The notes below the pieces were generated by a model, which saw nothing but the letters and a program-made list of their open reading frames with translations, was not told the DNA's origin and searched no databases. A program made the translations under genes and the position numbers. This document shows positions 54,139 to 64,000 of a stretch of DNA of 64,000 nt, in pieces (position 1 is the first letter of the stretch; each line of letters begins with the position of its first letter). The stretch is from Azolla caroliniana (Eukaryota > Plantae > Polypodiophyta): NCBI GenBank assembly GCA_043228905.1, contig JBHGNT010000032.1, forward strand, positions 62,001-126,000, read 5' to 3'.

Positions 54139-57100
54139 ATTTTTATTTACTCAAGGGCTCCTCTCAACTCCCTCCTCAAGTTTGCTATTTTCGTCATGTC
54201 TCTCGACCTGAGCTTCAAAATCTTGATTTTATAATTCCATATCATAGCTCGCGTTGTTGGCTTCGATTCGCATGTTTGAACACAAAAATCCGATATCACA
54301 CGAGCCAGGTATGAACATTTTAATTTACTCAAGGGCTCCTCTCAACTCCCTCCTCAAGTTTGCTATTTTCGTCATGTCTCTCGACCTGAGTTTGAAATTC
54401 TTGATTTTTTAATTCCATATCATAGCTAGCGTCGTTAGCTTCGATTTGCATGTTTGAACACAAAAATCCGATATCACACGACCCAGGTATGAACATTTTA
54501 ATCTACTCAAGGGCTCCTCTCAACTCCCTCCTCAAGTTTGCTATTTTCATCATGTCTCTCGACCTGAGTTTCAAAATCTTGATTCTTTAATTCCATATCA
54601 TAGCTCGCGTTGTTGGCTTCGATTTGCATGTTTGAACACAAAAATCCGATATCACACGAGCCAGGTATGAACATTTTAATTTACTCAAGGGCTCCTCTCA
54701 ACTCCCTCCTCAAGTTTGCTATTTTCGTCATGTCTCTCGACCTGAGTTTCAAAATCTTGATTTTTTAATTCCATATCATACCTCACGTAGTTGGCTTCGA
54801 TTCGCATGTTTGAACACAAAAAGCCGATATCACACGAGCCAGGTATGAACATTTTAATTACTTAAGGGCTCCTCTCAACTCCCTCCTCAAGTTTGCTATT
54901 TTCGTCATGTCTCTCGACCTGAGTTTCAAAATCTTGATTTTTTAATTCCATATCATACCTCACGTAGTTGGCTTCGATTCGCATGTTTGAACACAAAAAT
55001 CCGATATCACACGAGCCAGGTATGAACATTTTAATTAACTCAAGGGCTGTTCTCAACTCACTCCTCAAATTTGCTATTTTCGTCATGTCTCTCGACCTGA
55101 GTTTCAAAATCTTGATTTTTTAATTCCATATCATAGCTCGCGTTGTTGGCTTCGATTCGCATGTTTGAACACAAAAATCCGATATCACACGAGCCAGGTA
55201 TGAACATTTTAATTTACTCAAGGGCTCCTCTCAACTCCCTCCTCAAGTTTGCTATTTTCGTCATGTCTCTCGACCTGAGTTTGAAATTCTTGATTTTTTA
55301 ATTCCATATCATAGCTAGCGTTGTTAGCTTCGATTTGCATGTTTGAACACAAAAATCCGATATCACACGACCCAGGTATGAACATTTTAATCTACTCAAG
55401 GGCTCCTCTCAACTCCCTCCTCAAGTTTGCTATTTTCTTCATGTCTCTCGACCTGAGTTTCAAAATCTTGATTTTTTAATTCCATATCATAGCTAGCGTT
55501 TCAAGCTTCGATTTGCATGTTTGAACACAAAAATCCGATATCACACGAGCCAGGTATGAACATTTTAATTTACTCAAGGGCTCCTCTCAACTCCCTCCTC
55601 AAGTTTGTTATTTTCGTCATGTCTCTCGACCTGAGTTTCAAAATCTTGATTTTTTAATTCCATATCAGAGCTCGCGTTGTTGGCTTCGATTCGCATGTTT
55701 GAACACAAAAATCCGATATCACACGAGCCAGGTATGAACATTTTAATTTACTCAAGGGCTCCTCTCAACTCCCTCCTCAAGTTTGCTATTTTCGTCATGT
55801 CTCTCGACCTGAGTTTGAAATTCTTGATTTTTTAATTCCATATCATAGCTAGCGTCGTTAGCTTCGATTTGCATGTTTGAACACAAAAATCCGATATCAC
55901 ACGACCCAGGTATGAACATTTTAATCTACTCAAGGGCTCCTCTCAACTCCCTCCTCAAGTTTGCTATTTTCTTCATGTCTCTCGACCTGAGTTTCAAAAT
56001 CTTGATTTTTTAATTCCATATCATAGCTAGCGTTTCAAGCTTCGATTTGCATGTTTGAACACAAAAATCCGATATCACACGAGCCAGGTATGAACATTTT
56101 AATTTACTCAAGGGCTGTTCTCAACTCACTCTTCAAATTTGCTATTTTCGTCATGTCTCTCGACCTGAGTTTCAAAATCTTGATTTTATAATTCCATATC
56201 ATAGCTCGCGTTGTTGGCTTCAATTCGCATGTTTGAACACAAAAATCCGATATCACACGAGCCAGGTATGAACATTTTAATTTACTCAAGGGCTCCTCTC
56301 AACTCCCTCCTCAAGTTTGCTATTTTCGTCATGTCTCTCGACCTGAGTTTGAAATTCTTGATTTTTTAATTCCATATCATAGCTAGCGTCGTTAGCTTCG
56401 ATTTGCATGTTTGAACACAAAAATCCGATATCACACGACCCAGGTATGAACATTTTAATCTACTCAAGGGCTCCTCTCAACTCCCTCCTCAAGTTTGCTA
56501 TTTTCTTCATGTCTCTCGACCTGAGTTTCAAAATCTTGATTTTTTAATTCCATATCATAGCTAGCGTTTCAAGCTTCGATTTGCATGTTTGAACACAAAA
56601 ATCCGATATCACACGAGCCAGGTATGAACATTTTAATTTACTCAAGGGCTCCTCTCAACTCCCTCCTCAAGTTTGTTATTTTCGTCATGTCTCTCGACCT
56701 GAGTTTCAAAATCTTGATTTTTTAATTCCATATCATACCTCACGTAGTTGGCTTCGATTCGCATGTTTGAACACAAAAATCCGATATCACACGACCCAGG
56801 TATGAACATTTTAATTACTTAACGGCTCCTCTCAACTCCCTCCTCAAGTTTGCTATTTTCGTCATGTCTCTCGACCTGAGTTTCAAAATCTTGATTTTTT
56901 AATTCCATATCATAGCTCGCGTTGTTGGCTTCGATTCGCATGTTTGAACACAAAAATCCGATATCACACGAGCCAGGTATGAACATTTTAATTTACTCAA
57001 GGGCTCCTCTCAACTCCCTCCTCAAGTTTGCTATTTTCGTCATGTATCTCGACCTGAGTTTGAAATTCTTGATTTTTTAATTCCATATCATAGCTAGCGT

Positions 57101-57340
57101 CGTTAGCTTCGATTTGCATGTTTGAACACAAAAATCCGATATCACACGACCCAGGTATGAACATTTTAATCTACTCAAGGGCTCCTCTCAACTCCCTCCT
57201 CAAGTTTGCTATTTTCGTCATGTCTCTCGACCTGAGTTTCAAAATCTTGATTTTTTAATTCCATATCATACCTCACGTAGTTGGCTTCGATTCGCATGTT
57301 TGAACACAAAAAGCCGATATCACACGAGCCAGGTATGAAC

Positions 57341-57472
57341 ATTTTAATTAACTCAAGGGCTGTTCTCAACTCACTCCTCAAGTTTGCTATTTCCATATCA
57401 TAGCTAGCGTCGTTAGCTTCGATTTGCATGTTTGAACACAAAAATCCGATATCACACGACCCAGGTATGAAC
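57341..57472 (+). repeat. Truncated 132-bp monomer (46-bp net deletion)
   Basis: Junction 'agtttgctatttccatatca' at 57381-57400. Monomer starts are 57341 and 57473. Confidence 0.95.
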
Positions 57473-57828
57473 ATTTTAATCTACTCAAGGGCTCCTCTCA
57501 ACTCCCTCCTCAAGTTTGCTATTTTCTTCATGTCTCTCGACCTGAGTTTCAAAATCTTGATTTTTTAATTCCATATCATAGCTAGCGTTTCAAGCTTCGA
57601 TTCGCATGTTTGAACACAAAAATCCGATATCACACGAGCCAGGTATGAACATTTTAATTAACTCAAGGGCTGTTCTCAACTCACTCCTCAAATTTGCTAT
57701 TTTCGTCATGTCTCTCGACCTGAGTTTCAAAATCTTGATTTTTTAATTCCATATCATAGCTCGCGTTGTTGGCTTCGATTCGCATGTTTGAACACAAAAA
57801 TCCGATATCACACGAGCCAGGTATGAAC

Positions 57829-60800
57829 ATTTTAATTTACTCAAGGGCTCCTCTCAACTCCCTCCTCAAGTTTGCTATTTTCGTCATGTCTCTCGACCTG
57901 AGTTTGAAATTCTTGATTTTTTAATTCCATATCATAGCTAGCGTTGTTAGCTTCGATTTGCATGTTTGAACACAAAAATCCGATATCACACGACCCAGGT
58001 ATGAACATTTTAATCTACTCAAGGGCTCCTCTCAACTCCCTCCTCAAGTTTGCTATTTTCTTCATGTCTCTCGACCTGAGTTTCAAAATCTTGATTTTTT
58101 AATTCCATATCATAGCTAGCGTTTCAAGCTTCGATTTGCATGTTTGAACACAAAAATCCGATATCACACGAGCCAGGTATGAACATTTTAATTTACTCAA
58201 GGGCTCCTCTCAACTCCCTCCTCAAGTTTGTTATTTTCGTCATGTCTCTCGACCTGAGTTTCAAAATCTTGATTTTTTAATTCCATATCATACCTCACGT
58301 AGTTGGCTTCGATTCGCATGTTTGAACACAAAAATCCGATATCACACGAGCCAGGTATGAACATTTTAATTTACTCAAGGGCTCCTCTCAACTCCCTCCT
58401 CAAGTTTGCTATTTTCGTCATGTATCTCGACCTGAGTTTGAAATTCTTGATTTTTTAATTGCATATCTTAGCTAGCGTTGTTAGCTTCGATTCGCATGTT
58501 TGAACACAAAAATCCGATATCACACGAGCCAGGTATGAACATTTTAATTTACTCAAGGGCTCCTCTCAACTCCCTCCTCAAGTTTGCTATTTTCGTCATG
58601 TCTCTCGACCTGAGTTTCAAAATCTTGATTTTATAATTCCATATCATAGCTCGCGTTGTTGGCTTCAATTCGCATGTTTGAACACAAAAATCCGATATCA
58701 CACGAGCCAGGTATGAACATTTTAATTTACTCAAGGGCTCCTCTCAACTCCCTCCTCAAGTTTGCTATTTTCGTCATGTCTCTCGACTTGAGTTTGAAAT
58801 TCTTGATTTTTTAATTCCATATCATAGCTAGCGTCGTTAGCTTCGATTTGCATGTTTGAACACAAAAATCCGATATCACACGAGCCAGGTATGAACATTT
58901 TAATCTACTCAAGGGCTCCTCTCAACTCCCTTCTCAAGTTTGCTATTTTCTTCATGTCTCTCGACCTGAGTTTCAAAATCTTGATTCTTTAATTCCATAT
59001 CATAGCTAGCGTTTCAAGCTTCGATTTGCATGTTTGAACACAAAAATCCGATATCACACGAGCCAGGTATGAACACTTTAATTTACTCAAGGGCTCCTCT
59101 CAACTCCCTCCTCAAGTTTGCTATTTTCGTCATGTCTCTTGACCTGAGTTTCAAAATCTTGATTTTTTAATTTCATATCATACCTCACGTAGTTGGCTTC
59201 GATTCGCATGTTTGAACACAAAAATCCGATATCACACGAGCCAGGTATGAACATTTTAATTACATAAGGGCTCCTCTCAACTCCCTCCTCAAGTTTGCTA
59301 TTTTCGTCATGTCTCTCGACCTGAGTTTCAAAATCTTGATTTTTTAATTCCATATCATAGCTCGCGTTGTTGGCTTCGATTCGCATGTTTGAACACAAAA
59401 ATCCGATATCACACGAGCCAGGTATGAACATTTTAATTTACTCAAGGGCTCCTCTCAACTCCCTGCTCAAGTTTGCTATTTTCGTCATGTCTCTCGACCT
59501 GAGTTTGAAATTCTTGATTTTTTAATTCCATATCATAGCTAGCGTTGTTAGCTTCGATTTGCATGTTTGAACACAAAAATCCGATATCACACGACCCAGG
59601 TATGAACATTTTAATCTACTCAAGGGCTCCTCTCAACTCCCTCCTCAAGTTTGCTATTTTCTTCATGTCTCTCGACCTGAGTTTCAAAATCTTGATTTTT
59701 TAATTCCATATCATAGCTAGCGTTTCAAGCTTCGATTTGCATGTTTGAACACAAAAATCCGATATCACACGAGCCAGGTATGAACACTTTAATTTACTCA
59801 AGGGCTCCTCTCAACTCCCTCCTCAAGTTTGCTATTTTCGTCATGTCTCTTGACCTGAGTTTCAAAATCTTGATTTTTTAATTTCATATCATACCTCACG
59901 TAGTTGGCTTCGATTCGCATGTTTGAACACAAAAATCCGATATCACACGAGCCAGGTATGAACATTTTAATTACTTGAGGGCTCCTCTCAACTCCCTCCT
60001 CAAGTTTGCTATTTTCGTCATGTCTCTTGACCTGAGTTTCAAAATCTTGATTTTTTAATTTCATATCATACCTCACGTAGTTGGCTTCGATTCGCATGTT
60101 TGAACACAAAAATCCGATATCACACGACCCAGGTATGAACATTTTAATCTACTCAAGGGCTCCTCTCAACTCCCTCCTCAAGTTTGCTATTTTCATCTTG
60201 TCTCTCGACCTGAGTTTCAAAATCTTGATTTTTTAATTCCATATCATAGCTCGCGTTGTTGGCTTCGATTCGCATGTTTGAACACAAAAATCCGATATCA
60301 CACGAGCCAGGTATGAACATTTTAATTTACTCAAGGGCTCCTCTCAACTCCCTGCTCAAGTTTGCTATTTTCGTCATGTCTCTCGACCTGAGTTTGAAAT
60401 TCTTGATTTTTTAATTCCATATCATAGCTAGCGTTGTTAGCTTCGATTTGCATGTTTGAACACAAAAATCCGATATCACACGACCCAGGTATGAACATTT
60501 TAATCTACTCAAGGGCTCCTCTCAACTCCCTCCTCAAGTTTGCTATTTTCTTCATGTCTCTCGACCTGAGTTTCAAAATCTTGATTTTTTAATTCCATAT
60601 CATAGCTAGCGTTTCAAGCTTCGATTTGCATGTTTGAACACAAAAATCCGATATCACACGAGCCAGGTATGAACATTTTAATTTACTCAAGGGCTCCTCT
60701 CAACTCCCTCCTCAAGTTTGTTATTTTCGTCATGTCTCTCGACCTGAGTTTCAAAATCTTGATTTTTTAATTCCATATCATACCTCACGTAGTTGGCTTC

Positions 60801-61919
60801 GATTCGCATGTTTGAACACAAAAATCCGATATCACACGAGCCAGGTATGAACATTTTAATTTACTCAAGGGCTCCTCTCAACTCCCTCCTCAAGTTTGCT
60901 ATTTTCGTCATGTATCTCGACCTGAGTTTGAAATTCTTGATTTTTTAATTGCATATCTTAGCTAGCGTTGTTAGCTTCGATTCGCATGTTTGAACACAAA
61001 AATCCGATATCACACGAGCCAGGTATGAACATTTTAATTTACTCAAGGGCTGTTCTCAACTCACTCTTCAAATTTGCTATTTTCGTCATGTCTCTCGACC
61101 TGAGTTTCAAAATCTTGATTTTATAATTCCATATCATAGCTCGCGTTGTTGGCTTCAATTCGCATGTTTGAACACAAAAATCCGATATCAGACGAGCCAG
61201 GTATGAACATTTTAATTTACTCAAGGGCTCCTCTCAACTCCCTCCTCAAGTTTGCTATTTTCGTCATGTCTCTCGACCTGAGTTTGAAATTCTTGATTTT
61301 TTAATTCCATATCATAGCTAGCGTCGTTAGCTTCGATTTGCATGTTTGAACACAAAAATCCGATATCACACGACCCAGGTATGAACATTTTAATCTACTC
61401 AAAGGCTCCTCTCAACTCCCTTCTCAAGTTTGCTATTTTCTTCATGTCTCTCGACCTGAGTTTCAAAATCTTGATTCTTTAATTCCATATCATAGCTAGC
61501 GTTTCAAACTTCGATTTGCATGTTTGAACACAAAAATCCGATATCACACGAGCCAGGTATGAACACTTTAATTTACTCAAGGGCTCCTCTCAACTCCCTC
61601 CTCAAGTTTGCTATTTTCGTCATGTCTCTTGACCTGAGTTTCAAAATCTTGATTTTTTAATTCCATATCATACCTCACGTAGTTGGCTTCGATTCGCATG
61701 TTTGAACACAAAAATCCGATATCACACGAGCCAGGTATGAACATTTTAATTACATAAGGGCTCCTCTCAACTCCCTCCTCAAGTTTGCTATTTTCTTCAT
61801 GTCTCTCGACCTGAGTTTCAAAATCTTGATTTTTTAATTCCATATCATACCTCACGTAGTTGGCTTCGATTCGCATGTTTGAACACAAAAATCCGATATC
61901 ACACGAGCCAGGTATGAAC
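57829..61919 (+). repeat. Two further copies of the 9-monomer unit (57829-59429 and 60319-61919), separated by 5 monomers
   Basis: Same marker order as 49336-50936. 'aatttcatatc' and 'ccctgctcaag' are shared with the first copy and its flank at +8493. Confidence 0.8.
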
Positions 61920-64000
61920 ATTTTAATTAACTCAAGGGCTGTTCTCAACTCACTCCTCAAATTTGCTATTTTCGTCATGTCTCTCGACCTGAGTTTCAAA
62001 ATCTTGATTTTTTAATTCCATATCATAGCTCGCGTTGTTGGCTTCGATTCGCATGTTTGAACACAAAAATCCGATATCACACGAGCCAGGTATGAACATT
62101 TTAATTTACTCAAGGGCTCCTCTCAACTCCCTCCTCAAGTTTGCTATTTTCGTCATGTCTCTCGACCTGAGTTTGAAATTCTTGATTTTTTAATTCCATA
62201 TCATAGCTAGCGTTGTTAGCTTCGATTTGCATGTTTGAACACAAAAATCCGATATCACACGACCCAGGTATGAACATTTTAATCTACTCAAGGGCTCCTC
62301 TCAACTCCCTCCTCAAGTTTGCTATTTTCTTCATGTCTCTCGACCTGAGTTTCAAAATCTTGATTTTTTAATTCCATATCATAGCTAGCGTTTCAAGCTT
62401 CGATTTGCATGTTTGAACACAAAAATCCGATATCACACGAGCCAGGTATGAACATTTTAATTTACTCAAGGGCTCCTCTCAACTCCCTCCTCAAGTTTGT
62501 TATTTTCGTCATGTCTCTCGACCTGAGTTTCAAAATCTTGATTTTTTAATTCCATATCAGAGCTCGCGTTGTTGGCTTCGATTCGCATGTTTGAACACAA
62601 AAATCCGATATCACACGAGCCAGGTATGAACATTTTAATTTACTCAAGGGCTCCTCTCAACTCCCTCCTCAAGTTTGCTATTTTCGTCATGTCTCTCGAC
62701 CTGAGTTTGAAATTCTTGATTTTTTAATTCCATATCATAGCTAGCGTCGTTAGCTTCGATTTGCATGTTTGAACACAAAAATCCGATATCACACGACCCA
62801 GGTATGAACATTTTAATCTACTCAAGGGCTCCTCTCAACTCCCTCCTCAAGTTTGCTATTTTCTTCATGTCTCTCGACCTGAGTTTCAAAATCTTGATTT
62901 TTTAATTCCATATCATAGCTAGCGTTTCAAGCTTCGATTTGCATGTTTGAACACAAAAATCCGATATCACACGAGCCAGGTATGAACATTTTAATTTACT
63001 CAAGGGCTGTTCTCAACTCACTCTTCAAATTTGCTATTTTCGTCATGTCTCTCGACCTGAGTTTCAAAATCTTGATTTTATAATTCCATATCATAGCTCG
63101 CGTTGTTGGCTTCAATTCGCATGTTTGAACACAAAAATCCGATATCACACGAGCCAGGTATGAACATTTTAATTTACTCAAGGGCTCCTCTCAACTCCCT
63201 CCTCAAGTTTGCTATTTTCGTCATGTCTCTCGACCTGAGTTTGAAATTCTTGATTTTTTAATTCCATATCATAGCTAGCGTCGTTAGCTTCGATTTGCAT
63301 GTTTGAACACAAAAATCCGATATCACACGACCCAGGTATGAACATTTTAATCTACTCAAGGGCTCCTCTCAACTCCCTCCTCAAGTTTGCTATTTTCTTC
63401 ATGTCTCTCGACCTGAGTTTCAAAATCTTGATTTTTTAATTCCATATCATAGCTAGCGTTTCAAGCTTCGATTTGCATGTTTGAACACAAAAATCCGATA
63501 TCACACGAGCCAGGTATGAACATTTTAATTTACTCAAGGGCTCCTCTCAACTCCCTCCTCAAGTTTGCTATTTTCGTCATGTCTCTTGACCTGAGTTTCA
63601 AAATCTTGATTTTTTAATTCCATATCATACCTCACGTAGTTGGCTTCGATTCGCATGTTTGAACACAAAAATCCGATATCACACGAGCCAGGTATGAACA
63701 TTTTAATTACATAAGGGCTCCTCTCAACTCCCTCCTCAAGTTTGCTATTTTCTTCATGTCTCTCGACCTGAGTTTCAAAATCTTGATTTTTTAATTCCAT
63801 ATCATACCTCACGTAGTTGGCTTCGATTCGCATGTTTGAACACAAAAATCCGATATCACACGAGCCAGGTATGAACATTTTAATTAACTCAAGGGCTGTT
63901 CTCAACTCACTCCTCAAATTTGCTATTTTCGTCATGTCTCTCGACCTGAGTTTCAAAATCTTGATTTTTTAATTCCATATCATAGCTCGCGTTGTTGGCT
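61031..64000 (+). repeat. 11-monomer (1957 bp) periodicity, second copy running off the window end
   Basis: ORF pairs 61039/62996 and 61577/63534 are +1957. The 'tacataag+ttcttc+tacctc' monomer followed by the 'taactc' monomer occurs at 61743/63700. Confidence 0.8.

Larger units (their letters stand above)
1..64000 (+). repeat. Tandem satellite array of 178/177-bp monomers (~360 copies, head-to-tail, single orientation); probable centromeric or pericentromeric satellite
   Basis: The motif 'ccaggtatgaacattttaat' recurs every 177-178 bp from start to end (monomer starts 1, 178, 356, 534, 711 ... 63877). No unrelated sequence was seen. ORF-track spacings are sums of 178 and 177 (e.g. 1601, 1957, 2135, 2847). 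The centromeric role is inferred from monomer size and homogeneity only. Confidence 0.98.

Noticed and set aside
3747-63956. Dozens of near-identical minus-strand ORFs (61 aa 'MSKLKCSY...', 114 aa 'MFIPGSCD...', and 81-140 aa fusions)
   Set aside because: They are translations of the satellite monomer. Because 178 is not a multiple of 3, frames shift each unit, and ORFs open or close according to single SNPs in stop codons. There is no recognisable domain or gene context. They were used only as positional markers.
1-64000. CRISPR-like or cassette-array reading (constant repeat plus variable insert)
   Set aside because: The variable segments are alignable alleles differing by a few SNPs, not unique spacers. 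The repeat is 178 bp, and no cas, integrase or reverse transcriptase gene is present.
1-64000. Assignment to Arabidopsis CEN178/CEN180 or another named 178-bp satellite
   Set aside because: Only the length coincides. I recognise no sequence similarity and cannot run a search, so no name is given.
1-64000. Embedded transposon, LTR fragment, telomere repeat or inversion
   Set aside because: Reading through, every segment aligned to the monomer in the same orientation. The only interruptions are three deletions and two 1-bp net indels besides the common 177-bp variant.

Overview
The whole 64 kb window is one uninterrupted head-to-tail satellite DNA array of about 360 monomers, all in the same orientation. 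Monomers are 178 bp, with a common 177-bp variant. Consensus: attttaatttactcaagggctcctctcaactccctcctcaagtttgctattttcgtcatgtctctcgacctgagtttcaaaatcttgattttttaattccatatcatagctcgcgttgttggcttcgattcgcatgtttgaacacaaaaatccgatatcacacgagccaggtatgaac (about 40% GC, 8 CpG, hand-counted). I see no genes, RNA genes, transposons, inversions or CRISPR arrays, and every ORF in the track is a chance reading frame through the monomer. The nucleosome-sized monomer, the homogeneity and the CG/CHG transition pattern point to a eukaryotic, probably plant, centromeric or pericentromeric satellite. That is inference, and I cannot name the family or species. The informative signal is the arrangement of variants: (i) a recurring 4-monomer A-B-C-D order; (ii) local higher-order repeats of 2, 4, 6, 8, 9, 11, 12, 16 and 18 monomers, some nested; (iii) a 16-mer duplication whose crossover maps to 3 bp; (iv) short gene-conversion-like tracts; (v) three truncated monomers, two of them independent 54-bp deletions in the register of an internal ATATCA repeat. 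I found no evidence for a new protein-coding or RNA-based system.
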